Shown here piece by piece: positions 27,527 to 39,294 of a stretch of DNA of 64,000 bases. Positions within the stretch are counted from its first letter, which is position 1, and each line of letters opens with the position of its first letter. Both the position numbers and the translations under genes were made by a program. The notes under the pieces are model-generated. The model ran no database searches. It had not been told where the DNA came from and saw only the letters and a program-made list of their open reading frames with translations. Where the stretch lies: the IMG/VR virus record IMGVR_UViG_2778261060_000013; one strand, 5' to 3'. The stretch is from an uncultured virus (IMG/VR IMGVR_UViG_2778261060_000013). Its lineage: Duplodnaviria; Heunggongvirae; Uroviricota; Caudoviricetes.

Positions 27527-28009
27527 ATGCCCGTCAATAATCTAGATAAAATTGATGCTAGATACATAGACGGCACCCGGGCTAGTCACACGCAGGTACT
27601 TAGGGTTGACTCTAATCTAGATGTAGATTTTGAAGATTCGATCAGAATCACTAATCCCTCTGGTACCACCGGCGACAACGGAACATATTACTTTACTCCT
27701 AGTGGAGAGTTTCAAACTTTTATATTAAATCATAACAACTCAAACATATACTTTTCAGGAATTAGCTCAGACAGTTTAGCTATGGAAAGAGGAGCGTATC
27801 AAGTTAGAGTATATAACAATCAAGGTAACGGCAGTATAACGGTAGAAGAGTTTGAAAAGTTTGCTTGGCACGGGCAAAAACCTCCGTCGACCGTAACTGT
27901 TCCTAGCGGACAACATTACGTTTATGCAGTTACTTATCACGGAGATTACAGTTCTTCTTATCCAGACCTAAAAGACTGGTCTGCTGTTTTTGTTTCAGAA
28001 AGTGCTTAA
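27527..28009 (+). CDS. Putative fibre accessory protein
   Basis: 160 aa beta-rich; short N-terminal LDKIDARYIDG peptide like those of the cassette proteins. Confidence 0.5.
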   Translation: MPVNNLDKIDARYIDGTRASHTQVLRVDSNLDVDFEDSIRITNPSGTTGDNGTYYFTPSGEFQTFILNHNNSNIYFSGISSDSLAMERGAYQVRVYNNQGNGSITVEEFEKFAWHGQKPPSTVTVPSGQHYVYAVTYHGDYSSSYPDLKDWSAVFVSESA

Positions 28010-28032
28010 AAAAGTGTAATAATTAAAACATA

Positions 28033-30051
28033 ATGAGTATCAAATATCAGCCCAAAAAAATTATTGAGATACCCGAGATAGAGTTTAATAGATCTGTTCA
28101 AGGTAAGTATAAGACTTCTGTGATTAACCCCGACGGAAGTGTTGCCAACGAAAACGACTGGCATAAGAACCTTATTTTAGATTGTGGACTAGACAAAATT
28201 GCATATATGCCTTGGGCTCAGGTATTTCAGTTTTGCGTTGCTGGCAACAAACCTTCAGGAGATGTTACTCCTGCGGCTGTAACAGATACTCAGCTAGAAC
28301 AGCCTCTGATGATGAATTCGTTCTATCTTCCCGGTAGTGGAAACTGCGGAGACGAACTTTATCAAAGTGGCGACTATAGATACTTAAGACTGTTTAGAAC
28401 TTTTGATTTTTTACATGTAAAGCAAAATACAATTGTTACAGAGCTAGGCTTTAAAGAGACGCCCGGTGCGAAAAAGCTTTTTTCTAGGGTCGTGCTGGAT
28501 GGAAACACAGGAGTAGGAAGACCTGATCCAGAGTTATTGCGCCCGGGTCAATTTTTAAGAGTTAAATACGAACTCAATGTTCAGTTAGATCCTGTTACTC
28601 CAAATTCGACAGGAATAGTGCCAACAGGTTCAGATGGAAACTTGCCAACTATTTCTTGGAGCGGCGCGGCTTCTTCTGGAGACAGACATGGCTTGCAGCA
28701 CGTTGGCATGGTGGGTATTAATGAATCTGGTGTAGCAGTACCCTATGATGCAGGCGGAGCTTCTAATGAACCTTTCTCTGTTGGCGCGGTAGATTTTGGA
28801 CCCGGCTTTGGTTATGTTAACAGATGGCAAAACGGAGATGGAATCTTACAAGAAACAGGAGCAGCGGGTAATGTTATTGGATATATGCAGCCGTCGGGCG
28901 CGCAAAGACTAGCTGACAGGCCGGGGCCTTTACTACAGTTGATGGACCACCAAGACATGAACAGGTTCATAAATCACGATGCTATAACAGGCAGTGGTTT
29001 TGTGGGTAACGCTTTTGTAAACTCTCATAAAAATATGAGCGGTCAATCTGCTATCGCTACAAATATTTCGGACTTGGTATCCGATGCTTCTGGGTATTGG
29101 CCATGGGGCAACTATCTTCGCAGACAACAACTAGCAGATTTTGCAACAGCCTATGGTCTTTCGTTAGGAAATGTGACGTCTAATAGTAGCACTGATTATG
29201 GCTATAATAGATTATTTGTTACGCAAAATTCACAAAATTATTACTCTAACACTTTCAGGACGCCGTTTTTTACATACGGCCCCTTAAGTTTTGTTATGCG
29301 TCCGGTGTCTAGATATGGAGTCGAAAACATTTTTAACAACTGGGACTATTTTAGCCCTGATAACGACAATGATGCAGCAGATGCAAATACTAACGTCAGT
29401 ACGACCAGCGCATCATATTCTCATTTGCACAATCTTTTCGCCACGGAGATAGGCACTACGACCGAGATGGGGTCAGATCATGATTCAGACCTTACAAAAT
29501 ATAGTCAATATTTTAACGTCGCAGATTTTTATGCGCCTGACCAAAATTCTAACGTAGGATCTTATTTAACTTTCGATGAACCTGTGACGACTAGAGGATT
29601 CTCAAGCCCAGAAAAAAGCGTATTGTGGGACTCTTGGCAAATGAGGGGAGCTTCTTGCTTCTTGTCTACAAGCACAGGGGCAGTTCAAGCTTTTGGTGAC
29701 ACTGGAGTCGCTTACGATAGATCAGCAGGAGAAGACTTCTTTGAGTTGCCTCTAAGAAAAGCTGAGTACAATACAGGCCAAGCAGGTGATTCGAGATCGC
29801 TGTTTAAGTTCTGTTTCTTTGACAACGCCGTAGCTAATACTATAGCTAACGGAGTCCGTCAACACGATGCGTGGAAAACTATAGGAGTTGGCGCGACAAC
29901 AGACTGGTCAATCAACCCTGCTACCATGAGCGGTGCTGCCAGAGACAACGGCTATGTTTACAGATTTGATACTGCAAGAGAGAAAGACAACGATCATATC
30001 TTAAAGGTTTCTTTCAAATATACGTGGACTAGAAATACTGGACAGTTATAA
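28033..30051 (+). CDS. Putative tail/baseplate structural protein
   Basis: 672 aa; NLILDCGLD, TDTQL, TELGF, LFSRVVL, KDNDHILKVSFKYTW typical of fibre-anchoring proteins. Confidence 0.55.
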   Translation: MSIKYQPKKIIEIPEIEFNRSVQGKYKTSVINPDGSVANENDWHKNLILDCGLDKIAYMPWAQVFQFCVAGNKPSGDVTPAAVTDTQLEQPLMMNSFYLPGSGNCGDELYQSGDYRYLRLFRTFDFLHVKQNTIVTELGFKETPGAKKLFSRVVLDGNTGVGRPDPELLRPGQFLRVKYELNVQLDPVTPNSTGIVPTGSDGNLPTISWSGAASSGDRHGLQHVGMVGINESGVAVPYDAGGASNEPFSVGAVDFGPGFGYVNRWQNGDGILQETGAAGNVIGYMQPSGAQRLADRPGPLLQLMDHQDMNRFINHDAITGSGFVGNAFVNSHKNMSGQSAIATNISDLVSDASGYWPWGNYLRRQQLADFATAYGLSLGNVTSNSSTDYGYNRLFVTQNSQNYYSNTFRTPFFTYGPLSFVMRPVSRYGVENIFNNWDYFSPDNDNDAADANTNVSTTSASYSHLHNLFATEIGTTTEMGSDHDSDLTKYSQYFNVADFYAPDQNSNVGSYLTFDEPVTTRGFSSPEKSVLWDSWQMRGASCFLSTSTGAVQAFGDTGVAYDRSAGEDFFELPLRKAEYNTGQAGDSRSLFKFCFFDNAVANTIANGVRQHDAWKTIGVGATTDWSINPATMSGAARDNGYVYRFDTAREKDNDHILKVSFKYTWTRNTGQL

Positions 30052-30060
30052 TGAAATTAA

Positions 30061-30702
30061 ATGAGCTACGTATACAGTTATCCAAACATTTTCGTTAATG
30101 AGATAAATAGCGGGAATACAGCAAACGACGGTGAGGGCGATCCTCTAAGAACTGCGTTTTGGAAATTATTTGCGAACGACTCTGGCATTAGTGGTCACTT
30201 AGAACATATTAGCGGTTCTGTTGTCACTATAGGAAACCGCGTGGACGACGCTGGGATAAAAAAAGTTACTCACTATACAACTGGCAACTTAAACTCAGGA
30301 GAGTATGCAGACATAAGTTTTACTCAAGGAACTAGCGCGTCTAAAAACGGTAAGTTTGAAGTAGACTTAACAGAAAGCCACTACGGCACAGGTACACCTT
30401 ATTCTAGTCGTTCAGATATATTGTATTCTGGCGGTGCAGTTTTTCACCCCGGCGGCTTTGGAAACTTTACACAATGGCGGACAGACTTTCCTGTAGATAA
30501 AATAGGTAATCCTTTTAACAGCGGCGAACTAGATTATACTGTTAGAGTTGTTAACTCTGGAAATGCTAGCAATGCTCAAGCTCCTCTAGTTAGAATCACT
30601 AGAACTTCTGACCCTATAAATGAAGCCGTATCTGGAGCCGACAGAACCGACCAATACGGACAAAGTTATCATAAGCTTCATATTAGATTAACGGAGTACT
30701 AA
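30061..30702 (+). CDS. Virion protein with a T4 gp9/gp10-like N-terminal motif
   Basis: INSGNTANDGEGDPLRTAFWKL. Confidence 0.6.
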   Translation: MSYVYSYPNIFVNEINSGNTANDGEGDPLRTAFWKLFANDSGISGHLEHISGSVVTIGNRVDDAGIKKVTHYTTGNLNSGEYADISFTQGTSASKNGKFEVDLTESHYGTGTPYSSRSDILYSGGAVFHPGGFGNFTQWRTDFPVDKIGNPFNSGELDYTVRVVNSGNASNAQAPLVRITRTSDPINEAVSGADRTDQYGQSYHKLHIRLTEY

Positions 30703-30703
30703 T

Positions 30704-32428
30704 ATGAGTACATATTATACAGCGCCTGCGATATATAATACTGGTGGCTGGGGCACTCGTGGCGATACTCCTTCTTTTAACCCTACTGGGATAGTTGTCC
30801 CTACTGGAGAGACAGGGAAAGCCTTTCTCGCTGTAAGTAGAGCAGATTACTATTTTGACAGTAAACGCAGATTTAATTTTGAGCTATCTTCTTCTTTTAC
30901 TCAATTAAAACATACTATACTTCGTAAAGTAAATTATGAAATTGACCCTAGTTTTAATCTAATTACTTCTCAAAAACTAAGAAGCTTCAATTACTCTTTT
31001 GCACCTAGCAGAATTCAACAAAAAAGTAAAAAATCAGAATCTTTTAGTACGTTTAATTTACCTAAGCTTAATTATAGATATAGGAGAGAAGATTATTTTA
31101 AAAATTATAGAAACATAGAAGAGATTTATTATATTAGAAGCTCAATTTATAGACCTAGGGCAACAATAAGTATAGAATCTTTAATTAATCAATACAAAGA
31201 TTTTTTTCAAAGATTTAATACTTACGGAAGAGTTTCTGCAAGTCTGTTTGGTTCCAAAGTTTTTCGACAAGATTTTTTAAGTAGGCCAGCAGTTGGCGCT
31301 TCGTTGTTTGGTAAGAGAAGAGTTTATATAAATAACGTTGTTGAATTAAGTCAAGCAAGTTATTTTTCAGGGGATTATAAATTTGAGAAATTTAAAACAA
31401 GTATATTACCAAATTTTCATATTTTTCAAAAGGAAAAATATAATAATACCTTTAAAGCTTTTAATACTTCAGATGTCCAATATTATATTTCTCAGATGGC
31501 GTTTAAGCAGAAGGTAGATACTTCTATAAAACTTAATCTTTTCGGCAATAAAAACCCTAAAGTAAAAAATCAGATAACGAGTTCTATAAATCAGTTCAGG
31601 CAGGCTTTGTCTAAAGGTAGCTCAAATAGATCTATAAACTCTACCCTTTTTAGAAGAATAAAAGGAAGGCATAGCTTCTCTACAAGTTTGTCAAATATTG
31701 ACCAATTTAAAAGTTCACTTTATATACCTAAATCAACATTAAGGCAAAACTTATCTGAAATTTACGAGATAAAAAAAAGTCTAGCTAAAGTTAAAGGAAG
31801 GTTTTCTTTTGAAAAGATAAATTATTACGATATAGACAACTCACAAGAAAATTTTACAAAAACTAATAATTTAAATTTATTAAATTACAATACCGACCCC
31901 GTAAGAAAAGAAGCTAAAATAAGCAATAATTTTCCTACGGGACTGCATTTCCCAAAGATAAGATATCAGACGGCAGAGCCTAATTATTCAGTCAAGTCTA
32001 CAGGCGCTAATAATCAAGATTACGCAACTTCAGACCCAAACGACCCCAACTATAATTATGGCTACTTAATTTATGAGGGTGTAGGTTATGGTAATTTATT
32101 CTCCTACGAACCTGATCAAGATGCAATGTATTGGGACTATTTTGATTATGACATCAGAAGCGGTATTTTCAATCCTTGTGAGTTTCCAGAAACTGCAGAC
32201 AGGACTTTGGACCCTGTGCAAATTAGTTCTAGATCAAATAAAGGCGACAATCCTTTTTGGTACTTACCAGACCTTTTAACTGTAGATTCTACTATTCATA
32301 CGGCAGATGGAGCACCGTGTCAGTATATAGCTCAGGAAAATAGTAGATTTGCAGAAATATTTTTAGAAGATGGACAACTACTTCTCCCAGAAAACTATAC
32401 CCAAACAGGTCAATTATTTACGGTATGA
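30704..32428 (+). CDS. Hypothetical virion adaptor with a long basic F/S/K-rich central region
   Basis: 574-aa open frame; acidic C-terminus with TAD and LEDG motifs. Confidence 0.55.
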   Translation: MSTYYTAPAIYNTGGWGTRGDTPSFNPTGIVVPTGETGKAFLAVSRADYYFDSKRRFNFELSSSFTQLKHTILRKVNYEIDPSFNLITSQKLRSFNYSFAPSRIQQKSKKSESFSTFNLPKLNYRYRREDYFKNYRNIEEIYYIRSSIYRPRATISIESLINQYKDFFQRFNTYGRVSASLFGSKVFRQDFLSRPAVGASLFGKRRVYINNVVELSQASYFSGDYKFEKFKTSILPNFHIFQKEKYNNTFKAFNTSDVQYYISQMAFKQKVDTSIKLNLFGNKNPKVKNQITSSINQFRQALSKGSSNRSINSTLFRRIKGRHSFSTSLSNIDQFKSSLYIPKSTLRQNLSEIYEIKKSLAKVKGRFSFEKINYYDIDNSQENFTKTNNLNLLNYNTDPVRKEAKISNNFPTGLHFPKIRYQTAEPNYSVKSTGANNQDYATSDPNDPNYNYGYLIYEGVGYGNLFSYEPDQDAMYWDYFDYDIRSGIFNPCEFPETADRTLDPVQISSRSNKGDNPFWYLPDLLTVDSTIHTADGAPCQYIAQENSRFAEIFLEDGQLLLPENYTQTGQLFTV

Positions 32429-32456
32429 TTAAAAAGTGTAATATATTTAGCTAAGT

Positions 32457-35400
32457 ATGGCCGGTACAAGGATAACACAATTTCCCAGTTTACCATCTGG
32501 GAGTTTGGCTTCGGAAGACGTTTTATTAGTAGTAGACGTCAGTGATACTTTTTATTCTCCTAGCGGCACTAACAAAGCCACCACTGTAGGCGACCTATCA
32601 AACTTTTTCAATAGCCAAGACACTTTTATAGGCTTAGGAGACACTCCCGGATCCTTTGGCAGTGCAGGGCAATCAGTTGTAGTATCTGCAGACGGAAACT
32701 CTTTAATATTTTCTGGAGTGACTGGAGTGGGCGCAGGAGGAGGGGGAGCCACAAGTTTCATAGAACTTACTGACACCGCAGATTCTTTAGGGTCTGAGGG
32801 TCAAGTAACCGTAGTTTCTGGAAGTGAGATAGTATTTTCTGGGATAGGGCATTTAGTTTCTAGAAGCGAACTTTCTAGCTATGTAACCACTTCCCAAACA
32901 GGTGATTTTATAACCAGTGATCAGACTGGAGATTTTGCAGGAGCAAGGACGACATTCGCTAGTTTAGATGATACTCCAGATTTAATAGGTTCTCCCGGGC
33001 AAGTTCTTGTTGTCTCTGATGCAGGTGGTACCTTGCAATTTTCTGACACCGCAGGAGAAGGAGCTGTAGCTTTTACCGGTCTTAATGATACCCCTTCTGG
33101 ATTAGGAATAGAAGGGCAGGCTGTTGTTGTTTCTGGTACTGGGTTAGCTTTTTCTGGAATAACATTAACGAGCACAACTGTCGTATCAGGCACAGGAGCT
33201 TTCACCGCTTTTTCACAACTAAATGACACACCTTCAGTCATACCAGAAAGTCAGCTAGTTATTGGCGGACCCACGGGCAACCTAGTTTTTTCTGGAGTAG
33301 AGTCTTTCGTCCTTACTGGAGAAACAGGAAATTTTGCAGATACAGCAACATTAGAAAGCTTCACTGAAGGTCTTAACGTAGGTACAGATTCGAGCTTGTC
33401 AGGAAGAAAACTTCATGTGGTAGGCGACGTTGAAATCTCAGGAACAATTTTTCAAAGCGGATCGATATTTGAAGGTGGGGGTGGATCTAGCACTTTTACT
33501 GGTCTTTCAGACACTCCTTCTAGCTTGGGTTCAGCCGGACAGTCAGTCGTCGTTTCCGCTGATGGAAACTCTCTAATATTTTCTGGCATAACTGGAAGTA
33601 GCGGCGGAGGCGGAACTACCATTATCTCTGGAGAAACTACTGCTAACAGTGGAATATTAGGAAACGACTTATTTACTGGCGACGGAGTAAAAACTGGGTT
33701 CATGATGACTCGGGCTCCGCTAAACGCTTTTAGCATAACAGTAGCAGTAAACGGTTTGCTACAAGCACCGGGAACCAACTATGATTTAATAAGCGGTAGA
33801 AGTGGGTTATTGTTTCCAGAAGCTCCTTCTAGCGGCGTAGAAATAGATGTACGTCATTTGGGAGGTTTAGTAGGTCCGTCTGGAGAACAGGGTATACAAG
33901 GAGAAGTAGGGGCGATTGGACCAACAGGATCGACTGGGCCAACTGGGCCAACCGGGCCGACAGGCCCAACTGGACCAACCGGGCCGACTGGACCAACTGG
34001 CCCATCCGGAGCGACAGGCGCAACTGGTCCTACAGGGCCAATAGGGCCGTCTGGAGCTACCGGCGAAAGAGGTCCCCAAGGGTCTGGCGTAGTGGGAGCT
34101 TTAGCCTCTGACATATTTACTGGCGATGGGTCGACAGTAAGTTATAATTTAACAAACAGTATAGGTGAAGCTAAGAATATTATAGTAAGCATTAACGGAT
34201 TGCTACAATCGCCGATAACCAACTATACAATTAGTGGCTCAGGCTTAACTTTCCCAGAAGCTCCGTCTAGTGGACTAGAGATAGAAGTTCGTCATCTTCA
34301 AGGTATACAAGGCCCTACCGGTGCTACCGGTCCCTCAGGGTCTGGAGGAGCTACTTCTTTTGTCGGTCTTAGCGACACTGTAGGGAGTCTAGGTATAGAA
34401 GGTCAAGTACCAGTCGTATCTGGTACAACTTTAGCGTTCTCAGGAATAACGGCAGGCACTACTTCTTTTGTAGGTCTTAGTGATACTGTAGGGAGCTTAG
34501 GCTCAGAAGGTCAAGTGCCAGTTGTGTCCGGCAGCACTTTGGCATTCTCAGGAATAACAGCAGGGTCAAGTGTGGATCTTTCGGCTGTTGATCAAAATAT
34601 CGTTCCTGACGCTACAAATACTCGAGACCTAGGAACAACAGGTAAAAGATGGAGAGACCTTTATTTATCCGGCACTTCTATATACTTAGGCCAACAAGTA
34701 CTTCAAGAGTCTGGCGGAGCTTTGAAGCTAAGCAGCGATGACGGATCAACGTTTTCAAATGTTACCACTAAAGCAGTCGCTGATGATGATTATGTCTCAA
34801 TAGCAAGTTCATCCAGTCAAGCCGTTTACGATTTTGATAGTACAGCTAACTTTAATAATACTTCTGCCGCATTTTCGGCTGGGATGTTGAATCCCGCAAC
34901 TGGCGGAAGACTGGAGCTAGATTTAGCTACCGGCATGTTTATAGAAGAGTATAGCAATACAAATAATATAGATACAGATAATAGTAGTAGCTATGCAATA
35001 GATGGGAAAGCAAAAATAGAACAGCAGTTAAATACGGGAGACGGGTCAGACGGAGATGTAACTGTTTCAACATCGGGAACTTACACGATGGATACAGACA
35101 GTTTGATAGCGGGAAGAACAGTCGCAGATGCGGTGGCTTTTAACGCTGATTCATTTACCACTAATACTGTTGTTTTGACCGACACTCCGAGTGGTATTGC
35201 CGCGGGGGACGAAGTAATAATTTATTGCGCGCAAGGTTACGGAACTCATAGTCGAACTTCTGGAAATACTGCGCCGAATAGCAGAAGAGTTAACGTAGGC
35301 AATTATGAATTCTTGACAGTAGATTCTGTAGATTCTAGTAGCAAGACAATAACTTTTACTACTACTAAGGAAAAATATTACGGAAACGCATCAGGCTCAG

Positions 35401-37256
35401 ATAGTACTATAGGAACAGGAGGCAGTGAAATGAAAGTCATTGTCCAACGAGTTCCTCATTACGCGAACTTAACCGTAGGTGAAAGTGCCACTATGACTGC
35501 CAGCAAGTGGAACGGCACTAAAGGAGGTTTGATGATTTTTAGAGTAGGAGGGACTCTTACAAATAATGGAACTATAGATGCTGGGGGTATTGGGTATAGA
35601 GGGGGTTTTGCTGGAGCTGCGTTTAGCGCTAGGTCTTCAGCTGGAGAAAGTATAATGGGCGGCCCATTTGAGTACAGTTCAGATAGCGTAGCCCGTAACG
35701 ATGCTGGAGGAGGATCTCATGACTGGAAGGGAACAGGCGGAAATCATCACGGGGATGATGAGATGGTAGACAATAACAATCATGGCAATTATTATAATTA
35801 TACTAATCCTTATGATTATTTGGATTTCTCAGGGAATGTATTAAGTTCTATAACGGATTACTCAAAATTGCTTTTTGGTTCTGGAGGAGGGCAGTTTAGA
35901 AACGGTAACGGTGGAGATGGCGGAGGTATTATATATTTTCATGCTAACGTTTATATTCAAGACGGAACAGCTAACATAAGGTCAAGTTATCATAACGGAG
36001 GTCAGAGTAATGGAAGTAATGGCAACAGCGGTTATGGCGCTGGTGGTGAAATTCAAATTTTTGTAAATTCAGTAACCTTAACAGGGAACTCTTTTTCTGT
36101 TTCCGGAGCAAGTTATACAAACAACGGACGTGTGACTAGATCTAGTTCTGGTAGATTTAGAATGACTTACGTAAGTTTGTCTGGAAGCATCTACTCTGGC
36201 ACTTACTTTTATTCTAGCCAGATAGCCGGAGCTTTTTCTGCGAGCGCTATAATACAATCAACTAACGTGCTCTCTAGCGCTGGACAGGTTGATTCAATCA
36301 ACAGACTTCTAACAACTGTTACTAGTTTGCCCGGAGGGTCACAAGCTTTAATACAGTTTGCTACGGGAACTGGAGCAGGTTTTTACTGGCAAGATGCAAC
36401 GGGAGGTTCTGGTTTAAGTACAGCTTTGACAGCAGGAACAGATACGGTGACGGACCTATCTTCTTTGAATTGGTCTGGTACTAATTTCTATTACAAATTA
36501 ACTTTAACTGGGAACGGAACTAGCACTCCAGAGCTAGATACTCTCAAAGTAGATTACGACCCTGATTTGTTTATCGGCACCGAACAAACTTGGACATCGC
36601 AAGCTTTAGGAGATGGCACAAAAAGAATTACCCCGACTTCTTTTACAGCTTTTTGGACAGATGATTCGGACAATATAAAACCAAAATATCAATTACTTGG
36701 TTCTGATACGTCTGATTTTTCTTCTATTAACTATTATCCGGGAGTTAGCGACTATTATCAAGATGGCGGTACGTATGATATAGACAACGAAACTGCATTT
36801 GATTTAACGACAGCCATCACCCAGTATAATAAATACTGGAAAGTAAAAGTCTATATTTCAAGTGGCCCCACAGCTGCGGATGCTCCAACAGTAGATAGAG
36901 TAAAGTTAAACGCTAATTTAGCAGATGATTTTGATCAAAAAGGCATTGCAAAAGCATGGGTTAATTTTATAGGAGTAACTGGAGGCGATGCCACTTTAAC
37001 AGATAGCTTAAACGTAACCAGCGTTAGTAGAATATCGACAGGAGTTTATACTGTTAATTTTAGCGGCCATTTTGACGATACTAATTATATGTTTACGGCC
37101 GGTGGATATCAAAATGAAGGTGGTTATGCAGTTATGCCGGTACGTGACGCTACGGGGACTACTTCGGTCTCAGGTTATCAAATAGCAATAGTTTCTGGTC
37201 AAAGTAGAATAGATTCAACAGGACAAGGAGTTTACTTAAGTTTCTTAGGAAGTTAA
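32457..37256 (+). CDS. Long fibre protein (LxDTP repeats, collagen GPT, FTGDG domains, Gly-rich domain, KAW tip domain)
   Basis: 1599-aa ORF with these motifs visible. Confidence 0.8.
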   Translation: MAGTRITQFPSLPSGSLASEDVLLVVDVSDTFYSPSGTNKATTVGDLSNFFNSQDTFIGLGDTPGSFGSAGQSVVVSADGNSLIFSGVTGVGAGGGGATSFIELTDTADSLGSEGQVTVVSGSEIVFSGIGHLVSRSELSSYVTTSQTGDFITSDQTGDFAGARTTFASLDDTPDLIGSPGQVLVVSDAGGTLQFSDTAGEGAVAFTGLNDTPSGLGIEGQAVVVSGTGLAFSGITLTSTTVVSGTGAFTAFSQLNDTPSVIPESQLVIGGPTGNLVFSGVESFVLTGETGNFADTATLESFTEGLNVGTDSSLSGRKLHVVGDVEISGTIFQSGSIFEGGGGSSTFTGLSDTPSSLGSAGQSVVVSADGNSLIFSGITGSSGGGGTTIISGETTANSGILGNDLFTGDGVKTGFMMTRAPLNAFSITVAVNGLLQAPGTNYDLISGRSGLLFPEAPSSGVEIDVRHLGGLVGPSGEQGIQGEVGAIGPTGSTGPTGPTGPTGPTGPTGPTGPTGPSGATGATGPTGPIGPSGATGERGPQGSGVVGALASDIFTGDGSTVSYNLTNSIGEAKNIIVSINGLLQSPITNYTISGSGLTFPEAPSSGLEIEVRHLQGIQGPTGATGPSGSGGATSFVGLSDTVGSLGIEGQVPVVSGTTLAFSGITAGTTSFVGLSDTVGSLGSEGQVPVVSGSTLAFSGITAGSSVDLSAVDQNIVPDATNTRDLGTTGKRWRDLYLSGTSIYLGQQVLQESGGALKLSSDDGSTFSNVTTKAVADDDYVSIASSSSQAVYDFDSTANFNNTSAAFSAGMLNPATGGRLELDLATGMFIEEYSNTNNIDTDNSSSYAIDGKAKIEQQLNTGDGSDGDVTVSTSGTYTMDTDSLIAGRTVADAVAFNADSFTTNTVVLTDTPSGIAAGDEVIIYCAQGYGTHSRTSGNTAPNSRRVNVGNYEFLTVDSVDSSSKTITFTTTKEKYYGNASGSDSTIGTGGSEMKVIVQRVPHYANLTVGESATMTASKWNGTKGGLMIFRVGGTLTNNGTIDAGGIGYRGGFAGAAFSARSSAGESIMGGPFEYSSDSVARNDAGGGSHDWKGTGGNHHGDDEMVDNNNHGNYYNYTNPYDYLDFSGNVLSSITDYSKLLFGSGGGQFRNGNGGDGGGIIYFHANVYIQDGTANIRSSYHNGGQSNGSNGNSGYGAGGEIQIFVNSVTLTGNSFSVSGASYTNNGRVTRSSSGRFRMTYVSLSGSIYSGTYFYSSQIAGAFSASAIIQSTNVLSSAGQVDSINRLLTTVTSLPGGSQALIQFATGTGAGFYWQDATGGSGLSTALTAGTDTVTDLSSLNWSGTNFYYKLTLTGNGTSTPELDTLKVDYDPDLFIGTEQTWTSQALGDGTKRITPTSFTAFWTDDSDNIKPKYQLLGSDTSDFSSINYYPGVSDYYQDGGTYDIDNETAFDLTTAITQYNKYWKVKVYISSGPTAADAPTVDRVKLNANLADDFDQKGIAKAWVNFIGVTGGDATLTDSLNVTSVSRISTGVYTVNFSGHFDDTNYMFTAGGYQNEGGYAVMPVRDATGTTSVSGYQIAIVSGQSRIDSTGQGVYLSFLGS

Positions 37257-37278
37257 TAGTGTAATAAAGGAATAAGAA

Positions 37279-39294
37279 GTGTCAAATATTAAGAAAATAT
37301 TACCAAGCTTAGTAGATAGCGGAAATTTTACTTCCGACCTAGTTCCTGATGGTAGCGGCACTAGAGACTTAGGTAGCTCTGCTAAACCATGGAAGGATTT
37401 ATATGTAACTTCGGGCACGATCAACATTGGCGGCGAAACTATTAGTGTTGACGATGATGGCATATCTTTTTCTAGACCTATTAAAGTTAGAGAAGGTGGG
37501 CAAACGAGAAGATTAAGAGCAACTAACTCAGATTTTATAACTACAGGAGACACTGGCAATTTCGCCGATGTAAGTTCTTTGGAAAGTTTTCCACGGGGTT
37601 TAAATGTAGGAACTAGTACAAACTTAGCTAGCAGAACTTTGCAAGTGGTGGGCGATGTAGAAATCTCTGGCACTATATTTCAGAGTGGTTCTGTGTTTGA
37701 AGGCGGTGGTGGCGGAGGCGGAGGAGGAGGATCTTCGACTTTTACCGGTTTAAGCGACACTCCTAGTTCATTTACCGCAAATAAATATTTGTCAGTAAAT
37801 TCAGCAGGCAATGCTATTGAGATGGTAGATGCTGTTCAGTCTGGTCATCAGTCTGTCGAACAGGGATACTTTACCGGTCTAACTTTAAATGGAACAGGGA
37901 CTGGGATCCTGCAAAACGCAAGTGGCACAATTTCTAATTTAGATCTCGCCGATAATAAGTTTGATGTTAGTGTCATAGAGGAAAGAGACAGCACTACCGG
38001 AGATGCATATCTTAGTTCGGTGGAGCTGCAGTGTACTTACGAAACTAATATTAACGATGAGAGTGATAATGCTGTAACAGCCACAGCAGTAGGCTCTGCC
38101 GCGAGAAGCACCTCCCAAGCCAAAGAAGGAAGCGCTAGTTTAGATACAAATGGTGACTACATAACATTTCCATATAGTGCCGACTATACGAAAATGAGTG
38201 GTGATTTTACTATAGAAGTATGGTTTTACTATCAAGGTGATGAAGGCATGATAGCATCTGCCGGTAACGGATCAAATGGTTGGGGCTTTTACGTAAACAC
38301 CTCAGGAGACGGCGGAAATCATGGAATAAGGTGGCAGACTTATGGCAGCCAGAGCATGAACGTTTACCAACGCCTTGGCGGCAGTTTTTCAAGTTCTACT
38401 TGGTACCACGCAGCTGTGGTTAGAAGTGGTAATAGCGTAAAAGTTTATTTAAATGGTGTTTCTAGTCATGGAGCTTCGTCCATGACTTCTGGTTTGGAAA
38501 ACGGTAGCAATACTTTGCTCTATGTTGGTACTTATAGCGGCACGGGACAACAGAATCTACAACGCCTAGATGCATTTTTAGACCTGTTCCGAATTACCAC
38601 AGCTGCTAGATACACATCTAATTTTACTCCACCCACCAGCTTTCAAGGAAATGTAACAGAAGCTAAATATATCGGGCAGATAGGCGGTATAGATGATAGC
38701 GATGTAGACTACGGAATACAGAAATTATCTAACTCGCAGTTGATGATTAAAAAGTTGTCGAGTAATGATTTTACTCCCGACAGACTTTATGTAAACGTAA
38801 ATAAATTAGGCGCGCTGGGACAAGGCATAGCTTTTGATCAGCTTTATACTGGAGATGGCACGACTACTAATTACGCACTTTCAGAGAACGTTTCTAACGC
38901 AAGAGATGTACTAGTATCGGTTGAAGGTCTAATACAAACGCCGATAACCGACTATACTCTTTTAGGTCAGACGGGAGTTTCGTTTACAACCGGCGTTACA
39001 AGTGGTCACGAAATTAGTTTCCGACACTTGGCTTTAGGGCCTTCAGGCGCAACTGGCCCAGCAGGAGCTTCGGCGAATATTAGTTATCTAACTAACAGAT
39101 TTACCGGCAACGGAGTTGTTAGTGGTTTTGAAATGACGAGATCAATTTCAACTGCAGATCAAATTTTTGTTTTTGTGAACGGATTAGTGCAAGATAGTGG
39201 AGAGAACTTTAGCGTTACTAACGGAACAGGGTTATTTTTCTCCAGCGGAGAAATAGCTAGCGGAGATAAAATCATGGTGAGGCATATATACTAA
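37279..39294 (+). CDS. Fibre protein with a LamG domain and two FTGDG domains
   Basis: RDLGSSAKPWKDLY, GDFTIEVW, WYHAAVVR, ARYTSNFTPP. Confidence 0.8.
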   Translation: MSNIKKILPSLVDSGNFTSDLVPDGSGTRDLGSSAKPWKDLYVTSGTINIGGETISVDDDGISFSRPIKVREGGQTRRLRATNSDFITTGDTGNFADVSSLESFPRGLNVGTSTNLASRTLQVVGDVEISGTIFQSGSVFEGGGGGGGGGGSSTFTGLSDTPSSFTANKYLSVNSAGNAIEMVDAVQSGHQSVEQGYFTGLTLNGTGTGILQNASGTISNLDLADNKFDVSVIEERDSTTGDAYLSSVELQCTYETNINDESDNAVTATAVGSAARSTSQAKEGSASLDTNGDYITFPYSADYTKMSGDFTIEVWFYYQGDEGMIASAGNGSNGWGFYVNTSGDGGNHGIRWQTYGSQSMNVYQRLGGSFSSSTWYHAAVVRSGNSVKVYLNGVSSHGASSMTSGLENGSNTLLYVGTYSGTGQQNLQRLDAFLDLFRITTAARYTSNFTPPTSFQGNVTEAKYIGQIGGIDDSDVDYGIQKLSNSQLMIKKLSSNDFTPDRLYVNVNKLGALGQGIAFDQLYTGDGTTTNYALSENVSNARDVLVSVEGLIQTPITDYTLLGQTGVSFTTGVTSGHEISFRHLALGPSGATGPAGASANISYLTNRFTGNGVVSGFEMTRSISTADQIFVFVNGLVQDSGENFSVTNGTGLFFSSGEIASGDKIMVRHIY

